The notes beneath the pieces are model-generated. The model saw only the letters and a program-made list of their open reading frames with translations, searched no databases and had not been told where the DNA came from. A DNA stretch of 64,000 nt from Takakia lepidozioides. Its lineage: Eukaryota > Plantae > Bryophyta. Positions 41,601-53,826 of this stretch are shown one piece after another. Numbering within the stretch: position 1 is the stretch's first letter; each line of letters opens with the position of its first letter. The position numbers were made by a program, and so were the translations under genes. Location: NCBI GenBank assembly GCA_030704615.1, contig CM060732.1, forward strand, positions 59,954,001-60,018,000, given 5' to 3'.

Positions 41601-42095
41601 CACTGCTACCACGTGGCCACGGGCCCGGGGCGCCACGTGGTAGTAGACCACATAACTTGCAGTGCTACATGCCCAGTGGCAATTGCGACTGTGGAAGTTG
41701 GCGCAACCACTGCTTTACTACTTTACATGAAGTGCTCGAAATTACTTGAACAATCATTCATAGTGATTCATGCTTTGGAGTTTTGGTGTTTGTAGTGAGT
41801 CGACTAGTAATGCCATACAAGAGAACTAATCATGCATTAGAAATGCACAAACCATGAAAGACATGCCATGAAACAAAATGAAATGAAAATGAATGAAATG
41901 AAACAAAATGGTACTTTCTTACATCTGCGGAAAGCTCAAAAAGCTTATGGGACAAAATGAAAAACACAAAGTAAAAAAGCAGCCCAAAAGCGACTGCTGC
42001 TCTGGGGATTGCCTAAGGGTCAAGGCCTCATGCAAGTAAGCTGCCAAGCAGTTCTGATCCTCATAATGCAAGACTTCAGTGAGTTCCACGGAATA

Positions 42096-42990
42096 GACCA
42101 TCTACCCATGGAGGTTTCTTGTAATTATTGATCCACAGGGAATCATAGGGAATCATAGGTAATCTTGTGCTTGAAATTTGGCCCTCTAGGATGAATCTGG
42201 ACCACACTCTATCCCTGCTCCTTCAGCTATCCATGCCCCTGCACAAATCATGCATTCATCCTTGCCTTGCTGCTAGTAGCTAACAATGACAACCTACATT
42301 TGTTCTAGGAAACACCCAACTCAGCTTATCACACTAGTTCATGATCAATTGCGTCTGCTACCCTCTGAAATGTAGCAGGCATTCACCTTTTTGCCTCGGT
42401 TGTCCCATCATTGACTGGGGGCAGAAAAGTATTCATTCCACAGCTTCTCCTCATGTCTGTTACTTGTTTTTTGATACTTTCCTGTTGTCACATAGCAGTA
42501 TCATGTCAAAGTCACTCCAAACTAGATTCACTCAACCTGATTTTATCAATTGTGCCGTTGCTGCCAGTTGACCATCTACCCATGCAGGTTTCTTGTAGCT
42601 TCATAGTTAATCTGGAGCTTGAAGTTCGGCCCTCTTGGGTGAATCTGCACCCACACTCTATCCTTGCTCCTTCAGCTATCCATGCCTTGCACGAATCATG
42701 CATACAACCTTGCCTTGTTGCTAGCAGTTGACGATGACAGCCTAGACTTGTTCTAGGAAGCCCCCAACTCAACTTATCACACTAGTTTCTACGCTCAATT
42801 GCATCTGCTATTCTCTATAATCCAAAAACATTCACTTTCTTGCCTCGATTGTCCCACCATTGACTGGGGTCAGAAAAGTATTCATTCCACAACTTCTCCT
42901 CGTCTGTGTTACCGGTTTCTGATACTTTCCTGTTGTCACATTGGCAGAATCATGTCAAAGTCACTCCAAACTATCAAAGCTTCACTCAAC
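42096..42990. repeat. Diverged tandem duplication, ~474-bp period
   Basis: GACCATCTACCCATG.AGGTTTCTTG at 42096 and 42570; ATTGACTGGGG.CAGAAAAGTATTCATTCCAC in both units. Confidence 0.85.
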
Positions 42991-43089
42991 CAGCTAACTT
43001 GCAGAATTCAGACATGAATAATTAGGGGCGATTTTGATAAGAGGAGAAAACAAGGTGAAATTGAAGAAGGTGCCTTCATTAGCAGTCAT

Positions 43090-43260
43090 TACACTCTATC
43101 CTTCGCTCAGCCATATTGTTGAACACTCCCTGTCCACAAGGGTATTGTTCAGAATGGCATCTGCCACAATTCTAGCTTTGACGATGCAACCATGGACCTC
43201 TTTGCCCTTCCCCAGCAGGCTCGCACATGCACTACAAACGCAAACAAAACTAGTTGTGGC
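43090..43260 (-). pseudogene. PPR (L/S motif) fragment inside the CACTA
   Basis: FVCVCSACASLLGKGKEVHGCIVKARIVADAILNNTLVD. Confidence 0.75.
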
Positions 43261-45894
43261 AAACTGGGAGCAATATGTGTCAGAAGAAACCACTGATACA
43301 AATCTACAGCTTACAGGCTGTCTCTATCCTCAAAATTGGTAGCACATCACCCGCTGCTATGACATATATTGCCCTAGACACACATTGCCCTAAGATGCTA
43401 CCTCCACCAGACTTCTCTCACTTGGGTCATTGCAAGGCTGACTTCCAGCTTTGACTTTATGCGTGGGGCCTATCGGACAACATACACCAGCAAGCCCTTC
43501 CCCTATCATGCATCAACTCATCTCGGTCTTATCAATTGCACAACGTGAGATGGGAGTGAGTGCAACATGGGAAAGAGCCACAACACATGATGAGCTGTAG
43601 GGAAGAAGCAACATCGTGCAAGTAAAGCAAATGATGAAGCAGAAAGACGAGGCAACATGGGAGAAGGGAAAATGGGGTCCAAGGGCTGAAAAGGTCAACT
43701 GGTCAACAATGAGAAACTGGCTCTGGAGCACTATGTTGATGATTAAAGAGAGCAGTAAATACATGTGGGGCATCGCAGCACAGTGCATGCCAACGAGGGA
43801 CAAAATAGTGCAAGAAAGACTCCACGGATGGTGGGCAACCAAGGGAGATGCAGTGAGACAAGGCACTCATGGCAAGGGAGCTGCCAAGACAAAATAGTTG
43901 ATTAAGCTACGGAGAAAAAGGAAAGCACAAGATCAACTATGAGGAAAAGTAGCAATTCAGGCATGGGAGCTGCTGCTAAAACATGAGGAGGAAGACATAC
44001 GAGGTGAAGCATCAAGGGAACCAGTAGAAGATGAGGTAGATGGAGCACACTTTCCTGTCAAAGGTTGGCGGTCGAAGAATGCAACCCAGCAATCAGAAAG
44101 TGAGGCACCCGAGGCTGGACTGCTGCAAAGAGGTACAAAGACAGGAGTTGAGAATGAGATGTCGCCTTTCGTTGAAGTTCCCCACACAAGGGCTGTTTGG
44201 CAAGCAAAACCCCAGGCAAGGATGAGAGGTGAATCTGGGATAAAACCAGCAGCTGGGAGTGAGGAAAGACACAAGGAAGGGCAGCAATACCTTGTCAAAT
44301 CTGAGGGTGATGGCTGGAGAAAATTAAACAAGGACTGGAAGTATGGGAGCAGCAATCGCATGAAGAAAAATCTGCCTGAGAGGCTGAAGAGTGAAAGGGA
44401 GGAAGACAGGCACCTCGCTTATGAAAAGTGGAAGGGCAGGGTAGAAAACCTGATGCCTGAAACTGATGGGAGCTCGTGGGAGACTCTGCCAAGAAGACTC
44501 CAATCAGCTGCTGCCAACAATCGGACCAGTGAAAGATGGCCCTTGGCTGGCGCAACACCACGAAATAAATGCAGCCCTGATAGCATGGTGAGTGGGGCAC
44601 CAACAGAGCCAAAAAATGAGGGAGAAGGAGGAGACTTCCCTGGCAAGAAAGTCAATGACGGGCCTGCAGTGGCATGCAAGGAAAGGGACACCGTAAGTGT
44701 TGCCAACAGATGCAAATCAGTGCTCATTCATTCGAAAGCACCACGGGAGATGAAGGAAAAGACACATGCAGGGACGTTGAAGCATAAAAGAGGAGAGCAC
44801 TTCACTTGGGAAGAAAGTGAAGCATTGGAGAATGAGGCTGATGACTGGCAGTCTGAAAAGGAAAGGCGGTTGTGGGAAACCCTGCCAAGACAACCATATA
44901 GAGATAATCGAGCAGGTGGGAACTGCCCTTCATTGGGGTGGTGCAAACAAGAGCAAGACCAGAAGCTGAACCACATGAGAAGATAATGTGTCATCACAGA
45001 TGGAGACCCTGGAAAATGCTCTGCCCATGAGATGAAGAACATTAGGCAACTAGAAACGTGGGGGGCTGAATATGCTCTGCAGTCAACTTGGCTTGTTGAA
45101 TGCTTGCATAAGAGATGAGGGGTTGTTGTCAGTATACGACATTGAGTTCATCAAATCCTACAACAGCCCACCATCGCTGCCCATTGTTTACAAACTGCCA
45201 CAAAAACAGTTTCACAGGACTTACAGATGATTGGTGGAAGGCAAGGCCCCTCGCCATGGGCCAGATTAATTGTATGTTGCAGCCCAGAACAACGACAGGA
45301 AGTCATCTAGGGCAACAAACCCCATCTTGGCAGCGTCTTTTGTGTGAGAGAAGTCAAGCTGAACCTGCTCATCATATCGAGTGGGATGGACCAGATGTAA
45401 AGCTGCCAAGCCAACCACACTCATATTCGCACACAAGCAACATAAGCTGGAGCCATTTTCAGATTATGAGTACCCGTGTTTTAAGAAAACTCCTTCTTCA
45501 ACTTGCGGTGAACGGGCAGAAAACTTCACAATGTGCAGCAGATTAATGGACCAAGATGCGGAGCTGAATTGGGTATCCAGTTGGGCAATGTTGGTTTCAA
45601 AACCCCGTTCCATCCCTGCGTTTCGAAGATCTGGCTTGAATGGGCACACTCCGGCAGTAGAAGGCTCACGGAGTAATGAGTTTGGGTTGATATGCATGCT
45701 GACATGCCATGCCCGTGCAAAGAACAGCGTTCTGAGTGGTGATTGTGATCTCAAAATCTGCCCCTGCATTCAAGCTGATTTCTCTCTTGAGCAGAGCCGC
45801 CTTGTGGATGTTCCAGCCAGTGTCCAAAAACAGCTCAAGTGCAAGACAACAACATCAGCAAGGCATGGTTAGCTAAGCAAGGTCATGGTGGAGA

Positions 45895-46730
45895 GGCATT
45901 TGAACTCTCTGAACGTAATGTGGTTGGACTTCACCCCTCCCACATCAACTTCTCATAGGTCTCCAAAACCTGCAATCCCCGCCCCTGTTGTGCATGTCCT
46001 GCGATCATCACTTTCCACGACACCACATTTTGCTCAGCCATATTGTTGAACACTCCCTATCCAGAAGGGCATTCATGTTCAGAATGACATCTACCACAAT
46101 TCCAGCTTTGACGATGCAACCATGGACCTCTTTGCCCTTCTCTAACAGGCTCGCACATGCACTACAAACACAAACAAACGTAATGTGCTCGAGCTTCACC
46201 CCCTAGACCCACATCATTTGCTCATAAGCCTCCAAAACCCGCAATCCCCGCCCATGTTGTGCATGTCTTGCAATCATCACGTTCCACCACACCACATTTC
46301 GCTCAGCCATATTGTTGAACACTCCTTGTCCACAAGGGAATGCTCCCACGTTTGGCATACATGTCGACGAGGTATTGTTACATCTGGTACAGTTCCAGCT
46401 TTGACGATGTCACGATGGACCTCTTTGCCCTTTACCAAGTCTCCAGGGCTGCCAGGTTTGCACATGAATTGCACACACAAATGAACGTGACCAGGTCAGG
46501 CTGCACCCCTTCTCGCAACATTTGCTCATATGTCTCCAATGCCCTCATCCCGCACAAATGTTGGCCATATCTTGCGAGATTCAGCGTGTTCCTTGAGACA
46601 ACATCTCATTCAGCCATGTTATCAAACTCTCCCTTCGCAACTTCATAGGTCTCCAAAGCCTCCATCCCACGTCCCTGCTGTGCATACCCTACAAGCATCG
46701 CACTCCACGACACTACATCTCGGCAAAACA
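45895..46730 (-). pseudogene. Tandem degenerate PPR fragments inside the CACTA
   Basis: Repeated ...ACASLLEKGKEVHGCIVKAG... and ...KGKEVHRDIVKAG... units sharing the derived tail DRECSTIWLS with the 43.1-kb copy. Confidence 0.75.
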
Positions 46731-47957
46731 GGCTGAAATAGCTCGAAGAAGAAGGTGCCCTCACCACATTGTCCTCTACCTTGTGTCATGACCCATTGCG
46801 GATTAGACTGACCATGAACCCAAGAAGACCTCTTGTGCGTGCTGCTTGTATCTGTAGTCAGGTAATGTGGGATTGGTTCGTAAGAACCACCACGGTGCAG
46901 CTGAGCGGGCAGAGATTAAAATATGGGCTGCTAAGACCAAGCTGATTCCCCCAAGAACCTTGTGATCATCATGAAGAATACCAAATCATGGTACAAAGGG
47001 GAGCCAAGAGCCCACATTTGCACATAATGCGCCCTTGATGCCATAAACGCTTGCAACAACAGGACATGGGCCTCGATTTGGTCTTCGTCCTTCTTGCATC
47101 ACTTGCTCGTCTCTCTCTCAAGCCTCCATCCCTCTCCCAACACTTAGACAAATTCAGGCAAAGGAAAAAGTTACTCTTCCACCCTTAGATCATTTTACAT
47201 CCGACGATTAGAACAATCTCTACGAGCCACACAAGCCCTAAAATAGATTAAAATATTCCACGTCATGAGCCATGTGGAGCACTTATAAAAATTCCATTTT
47301 TGAATAGGGTGTGCAATGAATGCCTAGTTGTTAAGAGTCGTTCTCTAGTGCTTAAAACCACTTGTAATTGTTGTTTTAAAAAAAAAACAATTTACGTAAT
47401 TGAATTAAATCGCCGCAAATATTGCGCCGACTGCGGAGTCATTGATGCAACTTCTATCCGCCATTAGAAATGCGAATTTATCCGTTACGACTGTGCAGTA
47501 GTAACAAACATTCAAAGTTGTTCCTTAGTGGTTTTGGACATGCAGTCGATTTGGAAAAGACACGAATGCTTCTAGTGAGCCGAAAGGTGAAGTGGCTCTT
47601 AGTTACGCCGGCTTCGGCCGGAGTCCTCTCTCTCTCTCCTGTCTCTCTCTCTGGAGAAGAGAAAAATCCCATGAACAGATAAGGAACTCAATGACCTCCA
47701 ACTCCCAGTTCATTCTAAAAATATAGTCACTTTAATATTCCATGTTCCAATTCAAGGGCCTCTAGGTACTTAAGATGTGCATCCCATTCCTCCTTGTTCT
47801 TAGGCCATGGAAAGTCCCAACGATTAATGGATTTCACTCTAGCATCCTGAAAGTAGATATCCTTAGGTATACCAAAAGGGTTCTGCTCATTGTAGGCCCA
47901 AGTACTTCTCCCTGCTGGGCTTCAGATGACCAATAAAAAAATTATCCTTGTATGGAT

Positions 47958-48190
47958 CTACAAGTGCTTCGTAGAGGATGACGAATGAGGTTTGAGGAAA
48001 GACTTGTACATGTTCCCAACGACGTCTATAAGCAGGGTGTTAGACCTGTAGGCTTTAGAGTCCGGGTCTACGAACAAGTTGTAAAGTCGTTTGAAGTAAA
48101 TTGGGGCCTTAGGAAGCGTAGGCCAATACGCGTTGAATGCAAGTCTATGTTCCACACATTGGTCGGAATTGTAATGCATGACCTTGTGGG
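47958..48190 (-). pseudogene. FCP1/NIF-like C-terminal half, copy 3
   Basis: DQCVE...PIYFKRLYNLF...NTLLID...YKSFLKP parallels the C-terminal half of copies 1 and 2. Confidence 0.5.
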
Positions 48191-49039
48191 CGTTCCTCCT
48201 CCTCCTCCTGTTCTTGTTTCTCGTCCTTTTCCTTGCTTTTTGTCGTGTCCTTCCTCATCCTCTTCTTCGTCCACTTCGTCATCCTACAGTGAGTCTCCGT
48301 CATCTCCATCTCCGGCGATAGTCTGATTATCAATATGAAATAAGCCTCCACCTTGCTTCTACAAAATTGCTTTTTCGTTACATAGTTTATGTCAAGCATA
48401 CGAATATTTCTTTCCTGCAATGAAACCAAACAATGAAATCAAAATAAATCCTCTAATGGCTGGAGGCTCCTCAATATCATGCTTCAAGTCGTTTGGCGCA
48501 TACAGTTCGTTGAGATGGTATATGGCCTCCTGGATCTGCTTAACAACATCAAAAACTTCTTCAATCTAGTCTACAACAGCCTGGTATATCGCTCCAGTCG
48601 GTTCGGGAGATATATTGTGGATTTTAATTTCTACAGCCTCATGAGTTTGATGATCACAAATTTTATCTGACGGTTCTACCTCCGGTTCCTCCAGCTCGTT
48701 TCCCTCAGATCTGGAGCATGGCCTAGGTCAGCCAATTGAAGCCATTGTACACCTGTGAGCGGATATGAAATTAACGTCTAGAAGAAAGAGAAAAATGAAA
48801 CGGTGTTGAATACATTATAAAGGTCCACAAATCTCGTATATGCTACGTGGATACCACAACAACTAATTACGAGCCTAATGAGTTTGTAGGATCTACAATA
48901 GCACCAGCACAAATCAATATAACCAAAGTTACAAAGTTATCGGCTTTGTTAGGCGGATGATGAAAAAGGTTAGAAAGAAGGAATCTACGATTCGATGGAT
49001 GTCACCTTAATACCTTAATGGGTGGATTCTTTGAGGATT

Positions 49040-50450
49040 CGTCCTTGGAACCTAGTATTAAGATACATATGGTTATGGTATGGATACTCATTCCCATTTG
49101 CAGGGGAAAGGTAAGGGTTTAGACGTAACAATGGCGTAGGGTTTTGTTTAGGGTTCCCGACGAGGGTTTAGGGTTTGGGTTGAGAGCATAAATGGTGAGC
49201 ATACATGCTGGAAGACTCGCACTCGCTACAACTTAGTGTTGTTAGTAAGGTAGTAAGCAAAATAAAAATGAAGAACCTAATATTATGGAAGTGTAGTCAT
49301 TGCATCGGACAAGTATTTAAATGAAAGACTCATCCTTCGAACTTGGTATTAAGATACATAGAAAGCAAAGTTCGATAAAAAATGTAAGTGCATGTCAACC
49401 AAAGGCAAAACCTTGCGCAAGGTGACAGGCGAAGAGATTTGAATAACCCATAGTTATGGTTATGGTATGGATACTTCATTCCCATTTGCAGAGGAAGGGT
49501 AAGGGTTTAGATGTAACAATGGCATAGGGTTTTGCTTAGGGTTTTCGACGAGGGTTTAGGGCTTGGGTTGAAGGCAAAAATGGTGAGCATACATGCCGGA
49601 AGACTCGCACTCGCTACAACTTAGTGTGTGTTAGTAGGGTACAAAATGGAAATTCGGATACATTGAAGAGATTTGGATAACCAAAATGGTTATGGTTATG
49701 GTATGGATAGTTGATTCCCATTTGCAAAGAGAAGGGAAAGGGTTCTGGGGTATTGGGTTAAGGGTAAATGTTTAGGGTTTTATAGTAAGGGTTTAGGGTT
49801 TTTGTTTAAGTTACAAAATAGACAAACACTTATGGAAAACTCTAGACTGCCCTAGAACTTAGTGTTGTTAGTATGGTACTAATAAGCAAAAAAATAATGA
49901 AGAACGTAATATTATGGACAAGTATTTAAATGAAAGACTCGTCGTTGGAATCTGGTATTAAGATGTAACATAGAAAGCAAACTGTAACATGCCTAAATGC
50001 ATATCAATCCAAAACAAAAGAATACATGGGTCATTTGCAGAAAAGGGTAAGGGTTAGAGGTAATGCTAACATAAAAAGCAAGGTACTTATAAAAAGGTAT
50101 GTCAATCCAAAATCCTACCTTTACCATCACCCCTAAACCATTAATCTTACCATAAACCAATAACTTTAGTGTACTACCCCTAGTTACACTCCAAACCTTA
50201 TTGTACTACCATGTTACATCTTCTCATTGTTTCATGCTTTTTTTTTTGTCGGATAAGGTATGATAGAATGATTAGAGGGATATCAAATTCCTCAACCATT
50301 TCTTAATTCTACCGAGTGTGAGTCCATCATATTTGTTTGTCCTTTTGTACCCTAAATCCAAACCCTAAACCCTTACCCTTACTGTAAACCCAAACCTTAT
50401 TACACTTCTCTCTAGTTACATCCCAAACCTTATTGTACTACCCTAGTACC
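49040..50450. repeat. Telomere-like (TTTAGGG)-rich repeat array
   Basis: Unit TGGTTATGGTATGGATA...TTCCCATTTGCA...GGGTTTAGGG...AACTTAGTGT near 49070, 49457 and 49693; opposite-strand AAACCCTAAACCC copies at ~50130-50450. Confidence 0.8.
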
Positions 50451-50781
50451 TCTTTCGAATGTTTCATACTATTCTAATATTTTACTGTCCTTGTCACATC
50501 CAAAACATGATTCATTCCAATGGCGTGGTATGTGAACATTGTGCTTATATGAAGATTCAATCAATAAAATTACTAGCAAGTTGTATCGAGTATGGTAGAG
50601 TAAGAGTCTGGCCCATGTTCGATGCGACCCATTTGTTTATCGTGATCCTGCAATGGAATATAACTTTATTCGACTTCCAAGTGGACGTTCAATGAATTGT
50701 TCAATACTTCTACATCACATTGAGTACTTCAATATCAAATGGACCTCTTATATGACACATTTTAAACAAGTATGACATCAC

Positions 50782-51489
50782 CAGTGTCGGTCTGGTATGT
50801 ACAAAAATACAGGTATCAACCCGGTTATGCACCCGGGTAAGGAAGCCCCTACCAACCGGTTCCAGATAGGAAGGAAATGCTAGAATAACCTACCTGTAGG
50901 ATATGATTAGGATTTGGGGGAGGCTGATACCCTAGCCGACTGGTCTCGGCTCACCGTTGTTGATGTTGTTACTTGTTTTTTTTTGCTGAAACTCTGTTGT
51001 TGGTATCACCGTTCATGTATCAATGCGCGTAGCTTAGAGATGGTGGTAGATGGTTTTGTTTCTATTTGTATTAGTGCTCTGTCGCATTCAACATTAGTCT
51101 TTGTGGCTAGAAAGAAAAACAGCGGCAGTGAAAATGGTTATAAATGTAAGGCCAAAAGTTTTCATATGCATGTTATAATATTCAGTGCACTCAGCGTCTG
51201 AGGTGGTGCACTTCAGCTTTAATTTTTTTTTTAAAGACAAATGTGTGCTTCTCTCTGAAATATAAATTTTTGATACTTTACCCGAAGTTGATATCATCAG
51301 GTATCAAGGTTTTCATACCCTTGTTGATACCAAGTCTGCAAAAGTGAAATGTTGACATTATTGATACCGTACAAGTAACAAAATCTGGGTTTTTTAATTA
51401 TTATTGCATACCTGTTTGGGACATCTCTAAATTTTTATACTACCAGGACCCTCCTGGTATCTCCAAAACACGATACCAGACCAACACTG
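50782..51489. mobile_element. hAT-type MITE (708 bp)
   Basis: 17-bp TIRs CAGTGTCGGTCTGGTAT / ATACCAGACCAACACTG; 8-bp TSD GACATCAC. Confidence 0.92.
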
Positions 51490-52817
51490 GACATCACCTG
51501 AAATTTCACAAAGTTCAATTACACATTACACCATGATATTATTAATATTTCAATTAATTTTAATGCAACTATATATTAAGTTTAGTCCGGATCTAAGCCA
51601 AAAGTCCAGAATTAATTAAAATAGTGTTCAAAACCATTAGCATTCTTTGCCAAGCGGTTGATCGAAAGATTTTGAAGAATTTGATGAGCTGTGAGACGTC
51701 TGCATTTTTTTGGAACAAGCTCACATCAGTGCATGAGCAACGATCAACAGATAATATCCATCGTCTCCAGGAGCAGTTCCACAAGTGCAGCATTGAGAGT
51801 GGCGATACTATTGCTGATTTTTTTGGGAAAGATTGAGCTGATCATCACTCAGCTGCGAGGGCTTGGCGATAATAGTTTCACCGACTCCTCAGTGGTGGCG
51901 AAGGTTCTATGTAATCTTCCTGCAAGCCTTAAGCATTTCCGTACCGCATGGGACAACATACCTTCTGGTCCGGAAAGAACTTGGAATTGCTTTACCATGT
52001 GTTTGCTCATCAAGGAGGGACGTGAGAGTGCAGATTCGGAGGGATCCACAACCAACAAAGCATTTGTTGTGAAGAATTGATGGCAGGTTTCTGGCTCAGG
52101 TGCAGTTGGCACTTGGCCCAACCTGACTCTAGAGCAAATGAAAGCCTGAAGAGAGGCTATCTAGAAGGAGAAAGAGAACACGGTCTGCTTTAACTGTGGG
52201 GAGAAAGGACATTGGGCCATGGAATGCACCAATGATCCAAAGCCGAGAGGAGAGGCCAAACCGAAAGCTGAGGTGAAGCCAGGTGTATCCAACTACAAGG
52301 CTTGAATGGTGACAGCAGATAGCCGGCTCAACGTGACTTAAATGTTTGGATAGCCGATTCAGGTGCACACAACATATGACCGGCATAAGAGATTGGTTCT
52401 CAACAAATGAAGACATCTCCAGTCGCATTTGTAGTGCAAGGCATTGGCACTACTAAGATTCAGGTGTTGGTGAATGACACATGGTACGACAGTCAGATGA
52501 CAGATGTGCTTTATGTGCGAGGATTGGGCAGATACCTATTTTCCGAGCTCAGAGCGGTGAAGATGGGTACTGACCAGTGTTGGGCGGTTACCCGCCTGGG
52601 CCCCGGGTAACCGCCGGTTCCGGTTCTGGTTATGTGGAACCGGACCGGAACCGGACCCGCCTATGCAGAACCGGAACCGCTCATTGGGGATTGTGTGGGA
52701 ACCGGAACCGGCGGTTCCAGCTACGACCACATGTGTGGGAACCAGCGGTTCCAGCTCCAAAGCGGTTCCGGTTCCGGTTCCGGTCCACCCGTGGGCTGTA
52801 GCCCTAAGTGTCTCTAC

Positions 52818-53826
52818 GTCCCCAGAACGCGGCCCGAGCTCGGATTGGCCTCCGGCCCCTTCAGTGGGACGACCGTCTCGCAGGTTACGCACACTGGTGG
52901 GCCGTTGAAAGACGAGAGTATGGCGATTGCCAACTCCAGCACTCGGGAGGGCCAGCTGCAACCACTAGTCGCCCGCTCAACATTGTTGCGGCGACGAAGA
53001 AGGCCGTTGTGGTGCTCAAAGGAACTTCGAACGTAGAAGGCGTTGTCAATTTGGTCCAGGAAGATGATGGTTATTTCTGAAGACCTCTCTGATTGTGGTT
53101 TTGCATGTTGTGAAGAAATGTAGATATAGCTGTCAGACGAAATGAAAATGAAGCATTGTGATCTTTGTTATAGATGGGAGTGAAAGTGATCATGGTACTG
53201 TTTGTTTAGGGTTTGGAGATGTATTTAGCTCCAACGGGGCATGCGATTGAAGAACGGTTTTAGAACACAGAATTCGCTGGCCGTGGTTTCTGCTGAATTC
53301 TCCCTACTTAAAACTTGAGACATTCCCCAGCGTCTTTGCATGCTGGGACCAGAGTGCCTGACAATGGCAGTGTGCGACCACTTTATCCCTATCATATGAT
53401 TAATGCATTCCAGACATCGAACAGAACTACCGTGAGAACACATTGCACGGGAATCCCTGAACCACCACGGAGGAAGAATCTCTAAAGTTCGCATCTGCAG
53501 TAGGAGTAAGCGCTAGGGATTGGATTCACATCCGCTAAGGCGAGAGGTCAGTTGAGGCCCTCCAAATTATACACAAGGAAATTTGTGTAGTTCTATTTCT
53601 GCACTCTGACTTTCGCCACTCTTTTCCAGACTGTGTTGTTTGTTGTGCCTCAGTATGGCAATATTGGGACAAAGTCAGAGAGAGACAGTATCCTGTGGGG
53701 ACTACACTTTAAGGAAAATTGCTTTTCGACCAAGTTTGAATAGGGAGGTGTGATTTTTGAGCAGGTCCCACAACGGTGAATGTGAAGATTACTGGCCTTG
53801 CACCTGGCAAGCATGGTTTTCACCTA
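52818..53826 (+). pseudogene. Captured chimeric fragment: PR-1/CAP N-terminal half fused in frame to plastid-type Cu/Zn-SOD exons 1-2
   Basis: [28 protein letters not shown]...[10 protein letters not shown] runs into [38 protein letters not shown] intron (53070-53764) follows, then GPTTVNVKITGLAPGKHGFHL and a GTAA donor. Confidence 0.88.

Larger units (their letters stand above)
41236..47577. mobile_element. Non-autonomous CACTA element (6.3 kb) with PPR-fragment cargo
   Basis: 19-bp TIRs CACTAGAAGCATTTGTGTC / GACACGAATGCTTCTAGTG (1 mismatch); 3-bp TSD AGC; no transposase seen. Confidence 0.92.
37385..47651 (+). mobile_element. 5'-truncated RLE-type non-LTR retrotransposon (Dualen/RandI-like), interrupted by two CACTA elements
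   Basis: TSD TGGAGAAGAG at 37375-37384 and 47652-47661; (CT)n tail ~47626-47651. Coding remnants in order: chromodomain, MTase-like motif, RNase H (YTDSS...RAKLMAI...KVRSHTGIQGNEEAD), CCHC knuckle + RHN + PD..E restriction-like endonuclease (40337-40900). RT is absent, consistent with 5' truncation. Confidence 0.85.
31041..51626 (-). mobile_element. Large decayed element carrying FCP1/NIF-like phosphatase domains (boundaries tentative; possibly CACTA/CMC-like)
   Basis: Minus-strand decayed, intron-containing ORFs on both sides of the LINE insertion. Candidate termini CACATATTTTA...TAAAATAGTG, both flanked by TTC. No transposase recognised. Confidence 0.4.

Noticed and set aside
44159-44986. 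275-aa ORF as a host gene
   Set aside because: Hydrophilic, no recognisable domain, internal WETLPR repeat, and inside a CACTA next to a polypurine-tract-like GTGGGGGGC. It is probably a retroelement remnant and is left unassigned.
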